This document shows, piece after piece, positions 12,867 through 26,030 of a DNA stretch of 64,000 bases. Each line of letters begins with the position of its first letter. Position 1 is the first letter of the stretch. A program made the translations under genes and the position numbers. This DNA is from Ranitomeya imitator. Its lineage: Eukaryota. The stretch is from positions 30,256,001 to 30,320,000 of the forward strand of contig NC_091289.1 of assembly GCF_032444005.1 (NCBI RefSeq). Direction: 5' to 3'. The notes under the pieces are model-generated. The model was not told the origin of the DNA. It saw only the letters and a list, made by a program, of their open reading frames with translations, and ran no database searches.

Positions 12867-13402
12867 GTTTTAATACAGATCCGTTTTGACATTATTGCCC
12901 CCAATTAGTTGAAAAGCTTACGGGATTCCCCCCAAAACATCCCCGATAGTGACCAGCTCGAAGTGCATGGCTGTGCGGCACTAGCTCGTTCTCCTGTAGG
13001 CAATGGGTGCCCGATAATAAATGTGGCCGTGCAGGAAAGGATTCTTGTCACAGAGATTTTATCTTTACCAGGTGATAAAAATAACTCCAGGAAACGCACA
13101 ACTAGAAAAAAAAAGATCACGAGCCGTGACCGCGTGATCGGCATTCTACAACCTTACGTGTCCAAATCAGTGCGACCCGTGATCGTGCATCAACACATCT
13201 CTGACAAAATGACCGATGGGAGACTCTGCCAACGAGAAAATCTGCCGCAAACGTGAAGGCAAAATTTTGTATTTCTCACATTTACTGTTAGAAAAATAAA
13301 ATAATTCTATGTGGAAAATATCAGCAAGAGGCGGCAGCTGTTACACATCAGGGATTTTTAGGTAATCTACAGACTGGATTTATGGCAATATTTGGAGGGT
13401 TA

Positions 13403-14170
13403 CAGCGACATGTAAAAGTTTGGGCACCCTTATCAAAATGACTTATTATGAGCAGTTAAGCAAGTTGAAGATGAAATTATCTGTATTATATTGTCATTTT
13501 TTTACTTTTTTAAAAATTGCAAAAAATAAAAAATAAAATAGGCCAATTCAAAAGTTTGGGCACCCTTGGAGATTTGTGCGCTCAGATAACTTTGACCAAG
13601 GTTTGAGACCTTAATTAGCCTGTAATGGTTATGGCTTGTTCACTGTCGTAGTTAGGAAAGGCTCAATGACGTAAAGTTCCCATTTTTATAAAAAACAAAA
13701 CCTAGCCTCCTCTAACCTTGTGCCAAAAAACAGCAGTCATGGGTTCTTCAAAGCAGATGCCTAGCACTCTGAAAACGGTGGAGGCCCACAAAGCAAGAGA
13801 AGGCTATAAGAAGATAGCAAAGGGGTTTCAAGTTGCCCTTTATTCAGATCGAAATGTAATTACGAAATGGCAGTTATCAGGAACAGTGGAGGTCAAGATA
13901 AGGTCTGGAAGACCAAGTAAATTTTCATTGAGAGCTGCTCCTCGGTTTGCTAGAGAGGAAAATCAGAACCCACGCTTGACTGCAAAAGTCCTTCAGAAAG
14001 ATTTAGTAGATTCTGGAGTTGTGGTACATCGTTCTACTGTTCAGAGACACCTGCACAAATATGGGGTTCATGGAAGAGTCATCAGAAGAAAACCTCTCCT
14101 GCGTCTTCACCATAAACTTTAGCGTTGGACGCATGCAAAAGAACATCTAAACAAGCCTGATGCATTTTGG
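13403..14170 (+). mobile_element. Tc1/mariner element, 5' half only, with transposase N-terminal (HTH) remnant
   Basis: TA followed by cagcgacatgtaaaagtttgggcaccc, repeated internally near 13550; ORF 13718-14122 has GRP and STVQRHLHKYGVHGRVIRRKPLL Tc1 motifs; catalytic domain absent. Confidence 0.9.
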
Positions 14171-15906
14171 GGATGTTTAGGGATCTTTTAAAAGTTGGGT
14201 CTACAGTTCGAAGCTAGAAAAACCATAACAGCTGGCCTGCTTGCTGACAGTTTCTAATATAAAATTGAAAAATAAAGGCAACAAACCTGATGAGATGCTA
14301 TGAAGCAGTCAGATTTTACAACTACTGACTTTGTTGGGCAAAGACAGGTTTCACTTTTCTATAGTCTATAGAAGAAAAATGTAATCTAAATGTGAAATTA
14401 GGAGGTGGAGTATGTTAGTCATAAGACATGACTTGTAGGTAGGCTATTCAGCACTGATGTAGTTTATCCTCTGCAATCCCTGGTGGGAAATCCTAACATG
14501 CAAAAACATATGCCTATTGGTCTCCCTTTGGATCAGCGTATGCTCACAATGAAAGTTATTAAGATGCGCATGCGCAGATTCACTGCTAAACTGCAATATT
14601 TAGCACATTTAATGGTTAATAAGGGTAAAACCTTGCGACAGGTTTCCTTGAAATGTGCGCTCTCCGCTTCTTTCTTCAAGAGTGCACTGCTCCTCTACCT
14701 CCCCGGGATAGTGCACTCCTGAAGATTGATAGTTCAGACCGGGGCATGGTTGGTTCAAATTGAGCGCCCGTTCGGGTTGCTTGCAGAGGTAACGTTGCCT
14801 CTGCAGCACTGGAGAAGTGCAGAGACGCTGAAGCTGGCCGCAGCATCACTTGTAAGCTCTAAGCTAAGGCATTGAGGCCGCTAGTGGTGGGCGCTCCTTG
14901 CCTAGGAAACCGGCCACTCAGACAGCAGAGGTGGCTGGTAACTAGACATCAAGCAGTGCACTAGAAAATGTTAAATCCTTCTGTATGTTTACAGCTGGGA
15001 TAAATAAGCCAAACTGTGCTCAGCATTCACAGCACAGATGTTCCCAATAGCAGAGCTTTTTTGCCCTCCAACATTAAAGGGCATTTCTAGAAGACGCTCT
15101 ATTCAGAGCACATGTGCCGCTTTCCAGGAACCTCACAGGAAGCTGCACCCCCCTAGTGAGAAGTAACACGCTAGGGAGTGGGCAGCCGATCCCACGTGGT
15201 GAACCCATGGCACTGCCGGAGTCAGGTCTGTTTCACCCACCTTCACGTCACAGGCAATAGAAACAGCTCTGCCGACACCACAACTTCTGCTACTCATTGC
15301 TAAAAGAAAAGTTTCCTGGAAGAATTAGTACAAACACATCCTCTCCGGGAGAAGTAAAACTACATAAAGAGACGGACTGCAGCCAATCAGGACGTCCGCT
15401 GACGCTCGGATGGTGTTCACGTTTCACCGTACATCTGAAGTCCTGCAAATGCCACTATACTGGGCTCCCATTTAAAAAAAATGTACAATTTTATTTTTAC
15501 TGGATGTCTCAGGTCTGAATAGTGTAGTAAACTATACTATCTATATATTATGGGATCAGCGGCTTAGGTGGATTTACTATGCTGCAAGTCAGGGTGAGCG
15601 GCACAGACCGGAGGTGATGATGCAGCAGATCAAGACTACCGTACAGTATGTGGAACAGAGAGGACCAGTAGAGCGGGATACGCAGAGCCAAATGTGCAGA
15701 CAGCTGTGGGGACAGCGCATAGGAACAGCAGAGCTGAGTAGGCAATCAGGAAACTTGTTTCTCGAAAACGAGGGTGCGGACAACACCTTGGAATAGCAGA
15801 GACAAGTAGGCGGGCAGGTATTTTAATGCAGCAGAGTTGATAGTATGAACAGCACCAGATAGTAGAAGCTGGTGGCTGGATAGGACTCTAGCACCTGAGG
15901 GCGGCA

Positions 15907-16410
15907 GGGCCCCAAGCGAGAGGGGCGGCTGGGTCCCGGGCGAGAGGGGCCGGCTGGGCCCCGGGCGAGAGGGGCCGGCTGGGCCCCGGGCGAGAGGGGC
16001 CGGCTGGGCCCCGGGCGAGAGGGGCCGGCTGGGCCCCGGGCGAGAGGGGCCGGCTGGGCCCCGGGCGAGAGGGGCCGGCTGGGCCCCGGGCGAGAGGGGC
16101 CGGCTGGGCCCCGGGCGAGAGGGGCCGGCTGGGCCCCGGGCGAGAGGGGCCGGCTGGGCCCCGGGCGAGAGGGGCCGGCTGGGCCCCGGGCGAGAGGGGC
16201 CGGCTGGGCCCCGGGCGAGAGAGGCCGGCTGGGCCCCGGGCGAGAGGGGCCGGCTGGGCCCCGGGCGAGAGGGGCCGGCTGGGCCCCGGGCGAGAGAGGC
16301 CGGCTGGGCCCCGGGCGAGAGGGGCCGGCTGGGCCCCGGGCGAGAGGGGCCGGCTGGGCCCCGGGCGAGAGGGGCGGCTGGGCCCCGGGCGAGAGGGGCG
16401 GCTGGGCCCC
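15907..16410. repeat. 25-bp GC-rich minisatellite (gggccccgggcgagaggggccggct), about 19 copies
   Basis: 25-aa periodicity (3 units) in ORF 15888-16565. Confidence 0.95.
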
Positions 16411-16436
16411 AGTGAGGAGTGTTGCTTGACTCCTAA

Positions 16437-16798
16437 GGCTATATTCACACTTTGCGGATTTTGCTGCGGATCCGCAGCGGATTTGACCGCTGCGGATCCG
16501 CAGCAGTTTCCCATGAGTTTACATTTCAATGTAAACCTATGGGAAACAAAAAACGCTGTGCACATGCTGCAGAAAAATCCGCGCGGAAACGCTGCGGATT
16601 ACATTCCGCAGCATGTCACTTCTTTTCTGCGGATTTTCACCTGCTCCAATAGAAAACTGCAGATGAAAATCCGCAGAAGAAAACGCAGTAAAAACCGCGA
16701 TAAATCCGCAGTAAAAACCGCGATGGGTTTTCACTGCGGATTTTGCAATTCTGCTGCGGAAAAATCCGCAGTGGAATCTGCAGAGTGTGAACATAGCC
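16437..16798. mobile_element. PIF/Harbinger (Tourist-like) MITE
   Basis: TIRs ggctatattcacact / agtgtgaacatagcc; flanks TAA and TTA; internal tgcgga/tccgca repeats. Confidence 0.8.
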
Positions 16799-17889
16799 TT
16801 AGAAGGCATGTGGCAGCAGACTGCACTTGAATACTCAGGCAGTGCACAGCCTCCTGAGCCAGTTTTAAATTGCCTTTGATGAGGGCATCACAGGGAATGG
16901 CACAGATAAGCACAGGGAGAGCCGGTTGTAGGGGAAGGATGAACCAGAGCTCGGTGTTGGAGTGAGGACAGGTGAGTAACACTATTTATGTAGCAAGAAA
17001 AAAAAAATGAAACCTGAAAACGGCCAGTAGACAGTGCACTCCAGTGGCCGGGCTCCATACACTGTGAACTTGTGACAACCCCTTTCATTTCACTCGTTGT
17101 CCACCATTTTCAATAACTGCTCTGCGTTCCCCAGTTCATGCACAAGTCTCTTCCGCTGTCATTAAGCCGGGTAAGTGCCAATCTACAAGTAAAGTTCTGT
17201 TATAACAGGAGAACAATTGAGACAAAGGAGAGCTGTGCGCTTCGCCGAAAAGCCGGATCACAAACACGAATATGGAAGGGAACACAAAGAGCTGCTGTCA
17301 TCAGACCGGGAGAGAACGAGCTGGAAAATGTGGCAAACGTTGCATTGAGCATCACGGCCGGTCCGGGGGAGAACTCGCTGCTCATAGAGATAAATCAAGT
17401 TGTATCAAGGTCAAGTATCATAACTGCAGAAGAGCGAAGGTCAATACACCGCAGACACGTCGCAGCTCGCCAATATTGACTTTCCACAGCTCATTGCATT
17501 TCTCCTCCAGAAAGTCTGGAAAACACAGCTCCACGCGCTTCACCCCATCATCAGTCTTCGTAGTATATTGCTGTAATATCAGTGCCGCACTGCAGGATGA
17601 GACGCTACTAGTACCATAAAAGTGTCAGGCGAGATCCCAGCTGGAATGTTAGTCCTGCCGTCCTTTTTACTGATACTGCCCCATTATCGCAAGTTTCCTC
17701 AACTTGTTATTCCACCATAGAAGCATGAACACAGGCCACCAATGCAAGACATATGTTCATGAAAAAATACACATACAAATGTAAAAGCTAAAGGAGGTGA
17801 ATTGGTCTGGAATAATTTACCCAAGACCCTGTCAGTGCATTGAATTTGTAAGACACTGTTTACTTTCACATTGGTCTGGCATGGAGTTG

Positions 17890-18400
17890 CTCAGGCATTG
17901 TTCAATCTCACGCCTTGGTCAGCCGCAGGCATTGTTCAATCTCACGCCTTGGTCAGCCGCAGGCATTGTTCAATCTCACGCCTTGGTCAGCCGCAGGCAT
18001 TGTTCAATCTCACGCCTTGGTCAGCCGCAGGCATTATTCAATCTCACGCCTTGGTCAGCCGCAGGCATTGTTTAACCTCACGCCTTGGTCAGCCGCAGGC
18101 ATTGTTTAACCTCACGCCTTGGTCAGCCGCAGGCATTGTTCAACCTCACGCCTTGGTCAGCCGCAGGCATTGTTCAACCTCACGCCTTGGTCAGCCGCAG
18201 GCATTGTTCAACCTCACGCCTTGGTCAGCCGCAGGCATTGTTCAATCTCACGGCTTGGTCAGCCGCAGGCATTGTTCAATCTCAAGCCATGGTCAGCCGC
18301 AGGCATTGTTCAATCTCACGCCATGGTCAGCCGCAGGCATTGTTCAATCTCACACCATGGTCAGCCGCAGGCATTGTTCAATCACAAACCTTGGTCAGCC
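17890..18400. repeat. 34-bp minisatellite (ttgttcaatctcacgccttggtcagccgcaggca), about 15 copies
   Basis: 34-aa periodicity in the overlapping ORFs. Confidence 0.95.
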
Positions 18401-19601
18401 AATGTTTACTTTTTTAGGCATCACTAATTTAATTAAACTGTACTAATCCAAACTGCCATCTCAGGTGACCAAGACAAGATGGTAAACCTGGGAAATCACA
18501 AAAACAAATGGGTTTCACATACTGCTGTACTTGCTTTTTTTTCACTAAAAAGCAGTAACTTGATACCTGCGTTTTTTCAAGCGTTTTTCACCACCCTGGT
18601 TTCAATGGGTGAAAAACGCTGAAAAACGCTGAAAAAACACTGAAATAAATGAGATGCTCTATTACGCGAAAACCAAGAAAAGGCACAAAATACTGATGAT
18701 AAAAACTATATGTGTGCATGAGATTTCTGAAATCTCAGACTTTCATGGACTTTGCTGGTACTGTGAAAAGCATCTGAAAATTTGCCTAAAAAAATGCAGA
18801 AAAAAAAAAAAAAGGTGAATAACGCAAAAACTGACCGGGGACTCAGTCACATGTCACACTGATGGTAATAACGGACACAGGGATGACACCCTGATGGTAA
18901 AAACGGATGCGCGGTGGGCAATGACGGACACGTGGATGACACCCTGATACTAATAATGAACACTGATGACCCTGTTACAGTTATTTCAGGTATGTGGTTA
19001 AACACGGACGTGTGAATGAGGCCCAACCTGATGCAGTTCCTGGTTAGCTTCTCCTCGCCCCGTACCAGTTCATTTAGGGACAGACCAGGTATAGCCCCAG
19101 CTCAGCTTTCTTTATCTGATGCTCCGCAGCCTTCTAGTTAAGCATACCTGGCACTGATCCACTGATTCATGATGGATGTGGTTGGAATATGATGACACGT
19201 TTCCTTTAACAAGATGACACAACCCCATTTAACTTTAGCATGTCAGCTTTAACATGGTGATCAAAGGTGACCGTATCCTTTAAGAAGGGAGGGGGTGACT
19301 AAGGTATTACAGTGACATAATGGTGCCAGAGCGGCTCACACCTCCTGCTCCTCTTATACTCGGAGTTACATAACCCTTCCACAGCGCTTGTTACAGTTAC
19401 TATGTATTGTGCGGTGTGTCAGCGATGGCGGTATTCACCCGCCACATAGGAGGATATGTTGCAATATCCATACAGTCTGCTCCAGTCACAGGGTAAGACA
19501 CGCTGTCATCTCAGATTCGGACTTCATTCTGCTGTATCACATGAGGACAATCTAATCTAACGGGAAACGTCACCTGATCCAAAAAAAAAGCATCATCAGA
19601 A

Positions 19602-20006
19602 CCGGGGTCCTGATGAAGACCCTCGGTACCGGGGTCCTGATGAAGACCCTCGGTACCGGGGTCCTGATGAAGACCCTCGGTACCGGGGTCCTGATGAAGA
19701 CCCTCGGTACCGGGGTCCTGATGAAGACCCTCGGTACCGGGGTCCTGATGAAGACCCTCGGTACCGGGGTCCTGATGAAGACCCTCGGTCTCGGGGTCCT
19801 GATGAAGACCCTCGGTCTCGGGGTCCTGATGAAGACCCTCGGTCTCGGGGTCCTGATGAAGACCCTCGGTCTCGGGGTCCTGATGAAGACCCTCGGTCTC
19901 GGGGTCCTGATGAAGACCCTCGGTCTCGGGGTCCTGATGAAGACCCTCGGTCTCGGGGTCCTGATGAAGACCCTCGGTACTGGGGTCCTGATGAAGACCC
20001 TCGGTC
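19602..20006. repeat. 27-bp minisatellite (ccggggtcctgatgaagaccctcggta), about 15 copies in two variant blocks
   Basis: 9-aa periodicity; cggtacc block followed by cggtctc block. Confidence 0.95.
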
Positions 20007-21424
20007 AGGGCTAGAAAGAGGGGGAAGTGGCACATCCAAGCATTCCAGAACAACTTTATTTCAATAGGAATTGTGTAATGCTCTCTTTTCACCAGTGGTG
20101 GCGCTGCAGGGAACATGAACACTTGTTACAGTGACCCCCCCCCCCCCAAATCACAGCTGATCGCTGGGATCAGGACACGGTTTCTAAAACAGCTCAAATT
20201 TTATTTTAAAGGCACAGACATGACTCAGTCAAATTTATTAAGGGGCACGAGCTTAAAGGGGACCTGTCACTTTCAATAGATATGCCTTTTTTTACCCTTT
20301 TTCTTTTGTTCCAACGCCCCTCTGTTCCTGAGATATGGCCTCCTCTTCCTTGTGCATAAATCTAGTTTTGTTAGGCAAATGGGTGACACCCATAGAGGAG
20401 TCTAAGTGCACGCCCACTTGGCTAACAAAACTGGATTTATACATAGGGAAGAGGAGGGCCATATCTCAGGAACGCAGAGGCGCAGGACCAAAAGAAAGAC
20501 ATCGCCGGATTCAGGAGAACGGCGGCATTTACACCAGGTAAGAAAAAAAAATAAAAAAATGTATAGCAAGTGATGGCTCCGTTCTCCCGCGCACAGCCCT
20601 TTAAGACTGGTCCCATTGTTGGTAGATTCCCTCCAGTGTCTTGTGGCATAAGGTGTAAAGGGTAAAATTAAGTTATAAAGTAGTGTGCGCAATTACCACT
20701 GAAGAGTCATGTGGGCGGTGCCATGCTCCTGGGAAGTCAGGGTCCTGATTGGACCGACATCCAAAAGTTAAGTCTGCGGCCTCCACGAGTAAAAGTCAAG
20801 GATGAGCTCCATCTAGTGGCCGCTGAAGGAGACAAGAATCTTATTATTTAAGTTTATGACTTTATTTCAAGATCAGAATAATGAGAACCGAGATTAAAAA
20901 AAATGAATAAATAAAAAATCCCAAAATAATATTCACGGCATTTCGGATCAGTGTTGATGAAATAAACAATATAAAGTTTACTTTACCAAACAAATTTTTC
21001 GACAATCCTGGTGTGAATATTTCTAAAAGTCGCCGTGCTGTAATGAATGAGAATTCTTCCCGCTATCACAAGTGGACATTAATGGGTTAATGGTAGGGCC
21101 GAACAAGGCACAAGATTCAGCTCTGTAAGAAAATAATGCGCAGGAAGCCCCCCACAGTGTCCGTCCACACAAAGATCCCATAGCCCCCCTATTCACCAGT
21201 CTGCTGTGAGAGCGTAACCCTTTCACGCCTGTGTCCTGACAAAGGCACTAGGCTGATGACGAAGACGGGGTCCACATACAAAACCTAACACCAACGACTT
21301 ACCACGAAGGACCCCCAGTGTCCCCCATGTTTCTATATTTATGGGCTCCTTGTAAGAGATCGGGGGCTTTACAATACTCGGTAATATTACAGAGCTCAAG
21401 GGTTCAAGTCCCCAATAGAGACAA

Positions 21425-21930
21425 ATGGAAAAAAAAAACACTATAGAAAGTGTAAATAAAAAGTATATACTATATATAGAATATAATAGAGAATACCTAT
21501 AGAAAAAGGAATAAAAATTTAAAAAAAAAAACAAAGAAAGTGTAAAAAACACATGTGTATATATCCTATAGATATTGTAAAAAGAAACTAAGTAAAAAAA
21601 AAAAACACTAGAAAGTGTAAATAAAAATATTTCTATATGTATTTTTAAATAATGGAAAAAAAAAGACAAACACTATAGAAAGTGTAAATAAAAATGTGTG
21701 TGTATATCTATTGAATATAATGAGAGAAAAAAAATCTATGGAAAAAGTTTAAAAAAAAAATAAAATAAAACCTTATAGAAAGTGTAAATAACACATATAT
21801 AAACCCTATAGATATTGTAAAAAGCAAAGTAAAAAAAAAAATTAAAAAAAACTTATGGAAATGTAAAAAAATTAGAAAGTGTAAAAAAAAAAAAAAAAAG
21901 TTGAAAAAAAAATCTATATAAAAATTGAAA
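21425..21930. repeat. A-rich low-complexity degenerate repeat (ctatagaaagtgtaaataaaa-like)
   Basis: Recurrent tagaaagtgtaaa motif within poly-A tracts. Confidence 0.7.
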
Positions 21931-22189
21931 TCTTCCTTTTCCAGAACATGAAAAATGTACCGTAAATAAATTTGGTAATTTAATCTACCAATATAATGGA
22001 AGAAGAGATCAGACAGTGCGGACCCCAAAATGGTAACGGTAAAACCGACCGCTCGTACCGCATAACAACCCCTCTATCCTGATATAAAACTATAGACAAA
22101 AAATAATTTGGGGCCACAGGGAGGGGAGCAGCAGCCAGCAGTGCGGTGCTGATCTCTGCTGGTAGGTGAGGAGTTATGTTTTCCTCCAG

Positions 22190-23705
22190 TGCTGATGGTC
22201 CGACACGGCGGATGGTCCGGCACGGCGGATGGTCCGGCACGGCAGATGGTCCGGAATGGCGCAGAGTCTGGCACGGCGCGTGGTCCGGCACGGCGCAGAG
22301 GGTGGTCCGCCACGGCGCAGAGGGTGGTCCGCCACGGCGCAGAGGGTGGTCCGCCACGGCGCAGAGGGTGGTCCGCCACGGCGCAGAGGGTGGTCCGCCA
22401 CGGCGCAGAGGGTGGTCCGCCACGGCGCAGAGGGTGGTCCGCCACGGCGCAGAGGGTGGTCCGCCACGGCGCAGAGGGTGGTCCGCCACGGCGCAGAGGG
22501 TGGTCCGGCACGGCGCAGAGGGTGGTCCGGCACGGCGCAGAGGGTGGTCCGGCACGGCGCAGAGGGTGGTCCGGCACGGCGCAGAGGGTGGTCCGGCACG
22601 GCGCAGAGGGTGGTCCGGCACGGCGCAGAGGGTGGTCCGGCACGGCGCAGAGGGTGGTCCGGCACGGCGCAGAGGGTGGTCCGGCACGGCGCAGAGGGTG
22701 GTCCGGCACGGCACAGAGTCCGGCACAGAGGGTAGTCCGGCACGGCACAGAGTCAGGCACAGAGGGTAGTCCGGCACAGAGTCAGGCACAGAGGGGAGTC
22801 CAGCACGGCGCAGAGGGTAGTCTGGCACAGCACAGAGTCAGGCACAGAGGGTAGTCCGGCACGGCACAGAGTCAGGCACAGAGGGTAGTCCGGCACGGCA
22901 CAGAGTCAGGCACAGAGGGTAGTCCGGCACGGCACAGAGTCCGGCACAGAGGGTAGTCCAGCACGGCACAGAGGGTAGTCCGGCACGGCGCAGAGGGTAG
23001 TCCGGCACGGCACAGAGTCCGGCACAGAGGGTAGTCCGGCACGGCACAGAGTCAGGCACAGAGGGGAGTCCGGCACGGCACAGAGGGTAGTCTGGCACGG
23101 CACAGAGGGGAGTCCAGCACGGCACAGAGGGTAGTCTGGCACGGCACAGAGGGGAGTCCAGCACGGCACAGAGGGTAGTCTGGCACGGCACAGAGTCCGG
23201 CACATCTACAGAGGGTAGTCCGGCACAGCACAGAGTCCGGCACATCTACAGAGGGTAGTCTGGCACGGCACAGAGTCCGGCACATCTACAGAGGGTAGTC
23301 TGGCACGGCACAGAGTCCGGCACATCTACAGAGGGTAGTCCGGCACAGCACAGAGTCCGGCACATCTACAGAGGGTAGTCTGGCACGGCACAGAGTCCGG
23401 CACATCTACAGAGGGTAGTCTGGCACGGCACAGAGTCCGGCACATCTACAGAGGGTAGTCTGGCACGGCACAGAGTCCGGCACATCTACAGAGGGTAGTC
23501 CGGCACAGCACAGAGTCCGGCACATCTACAGAGGGTAGTCTGGCACGGCACAGAGTCCGGCACATCTACAGAGGGTAGTCTGGCACGGCACAGAGTCCGG
23601 CACATCTACAGAGGGTAGTCTGGCACGGCACAGAGTCCGGCACATCTACAGAGGGTAGTCTGGCACAGCACAGAGTCCGGCACATCTACAGAGGGTAATC
23701 TGGCA
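22190..23705. repeat. Compound minisatellite: 22-bp unit grading into a 40-bp unit
   Basis: agggtggtccgccacggcgcag (22 bp), then gagggtagtctggcacggcacagagtccggcacatctaca (40 bp; lines 23221 and 23341 are identical). Confidence 0.95.
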
Positions 23706-23739
23706 CAGCGCTCATTACCGTACACAGGTAAGCGCCCAG

Positions 23740-24260
23740 TCACACTGTACTGACACCCGGCATATAACGCTCGCACTGTGACGTCACACGGTACTGACAC
23801 TTCCTATATCCAGGTCACATGTCCGTGCTCGCGCCCCCGGGCTGTGCACACGGTACATACACCGGAGACCGGGTACATGGCACGGACAGCAGTCTCTGCA
23901 CGCCGCAGACACCCACCGTGTGTGACTGCAGGCTCTGGCTGGCCTCTATGACGGCGGTGAGCGGGACCGTGTCATCCAGGAGGAGCTTGTTGACCGCCGG
24001 TTTCTCCATGAACGCCATCCCGGCGGCGGCAGGCGGACTACTGAGCGCAGGCCCGGCAGTGCCGAGGGGCGGGGCCAGGAGCGCGGGGTGGAGCGACGGT
24101 GTCAAAGTGGGCGGGGAAAGGTGGTGCTGCCATCGGGGTGGGCGTGGCTTACACGGAAGGGCGTGGTAATAAGGGATAAATGACTGTGAGGGGCAGAGCG
24201 AGTGTCAGTGCTGAGGAGACGTGCACTACAGGAGCGGAACCTGCAGGGGGCGCAGCATGT
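23740..24260 (-). promoter_or_regulatory. CpG-rich PXK promoter/first-exon region with GC boxes
   Basis: High CpG density around exon 1; ggggcgggg at 24066-24074 and gggcgggg at 24109-24116. Confidence 0.6.
23917..24018 (-). CDS. PXK: PXK coding exon 1 (MAFMEKPAVNKLLLDDTVPLTAVIEASQSLQSHT)
   Basis: Near-identical to the human PXK N-terminus; ATG at 24018, gtgggt donor at 23916; 102 nt. Confidence 0.97.
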
Positions 24261-24314
24261 CACTCACTATGGAGTAAGCAGATGTCAGCAGCATTTACTA
24301 CTAGTCATATAAGT

Positions 24315-26030
24315 GTGTACCTCTTTATATGATGTGTGTATACCTCTTTGTACGTGTATACCTCTTTATATGACGTGTATACCTCTTTATATGATGTGTG
24401 TATACCTCTTTATATGACGTGTATACCTCTTTATATGACGTGTATACCTCTTTATATGATGTGTGTATACCTCTTTATATGACGTGTATACCTCTTTATA
24501 TGACGTGTGTATACCTCTTTATATGACGTGTATACCTCTTTATATGATGCGTGTTTACCTCTTTATATGATGTGTCTATACCTCTTTATATGATGTGTGT
24601 GTATACCTCTTTATATGACGTGTCTATACCTCTTTATATGGTGTGTATGCCTCTTTATATGATGTGTGTATACCTCTTTATACGATGTGTATGCCTCTTT
24701 ATATGATGTGTGTATACCTCTTTATATGACGTGTACCTCTTTATATGTGTGTATGCCTCTTTATATGACGTGTGTATGCCTCTTTATATGACGTGTATGC
24801 CTCTTTATATGACGTGTATACCTCTTTATATGACGTGTATGCCTCTTTATATGACGTGTATACCTCTTTATATGACGTGTATGCCTCTTTATATGATGTG
24901 TATGCCTCTTTATATGACGTGTGTATGCCTCTTTATATGACGTGTATACCTCTTTATATGACGTGTGTATACCTCTTTATATGACGTGTATACCTCTTTA
25001 TATGACGTGTATGCCTCTTTATATGACGTGTGTATGCCTCTTTATATGACGTGTATACCTCTTTATATGACGTGTGTATACCTCTTTATATGACGTGTAT
25101 ACCTCTTTATATGATGTGTGTATACCTCTTTATATGACGTGTATGCCTCTTTATATGACGTGTATACCTCTTTATATGATGTGTGTATACCTCTTTATAT
25201 GATGTGTATACCTCTTTATATGACGTGTATACCTCTTTATATGACGTGTATACCTCTTTATATGACGTGTATACCTCTTTATATGATGCGTGTATACCTC
25301 TTTATATGACGTGTCTATACCTCTTTATATGACGTGTGTATACCACTTTATATGACGTGTATACCTCTTTATATGACGTGTATACCTCTTTATATGATGC
25401 GTGTATACCTCTTTATATGACGTGTGTATGCCTCTTTATATGACGTGTATACCTCTTTATATGACGTGTGTATACCTCTTTATATGACGTGTGTATACCT
25501 CTTTATATGACGTGTATACCTCTTTATATGACGTGTATGCCTCTTTATATGACGTGTGTATGCCTCTTTATATGACGTGTATACCTCTTTATATGACGTG
25601 TATACCTCTTTATATGATGTGTGTATACCTCTTTATATGACGTGTATGCCTCTTTATATGACGTGTATACCTCTTTATATGATGTGTGTATACCTCTTTA
25701 TATGATGTGTATACCTCTTTATATGACGTGTATACCTCTTTATATGACGTGTATACCTCTTTATATGACGTGTATACCTCTTTATATGATGCGTGTATAC
25801 CTCTTTATATGACGTGTCTATACCTCTTTATATGACGTGTGTATACCACTTTATATGACGTGTGTATGCCTCTTTATATGACGTGTGTATACCTCTTTAT
25901 ATGACGTGTCTATACCTCTTTGTGTGTATGCCTCTTTATATGACGTGTGTGTGCCTCTTTGTGTATACCTCTTTATACGATGTGTGTGTATACCTCTTTA
26001 TATGTGTGTGTATACCTCTTTATATGATGC
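24315..26030. repeat. 21-23-bp minisatellite (tatacctctttatatgacgtg[tg]) with a 503-bp higher-order duplication
   Basis: Direct periodicity; identical translations of 25118-25309 and 25621-25812. Confidence 0.95.

Noticed and set aside
21223-22028. Phe/Ile-rich ORFs resembling membrane proteins
   Set aside because: Reverse translation of A-rich low-complexity DNA
21980-23285. Multiple Pro/Arg/Cys-rich ORFs on both strands
   Set aside because: Translations of the compound minisatellite
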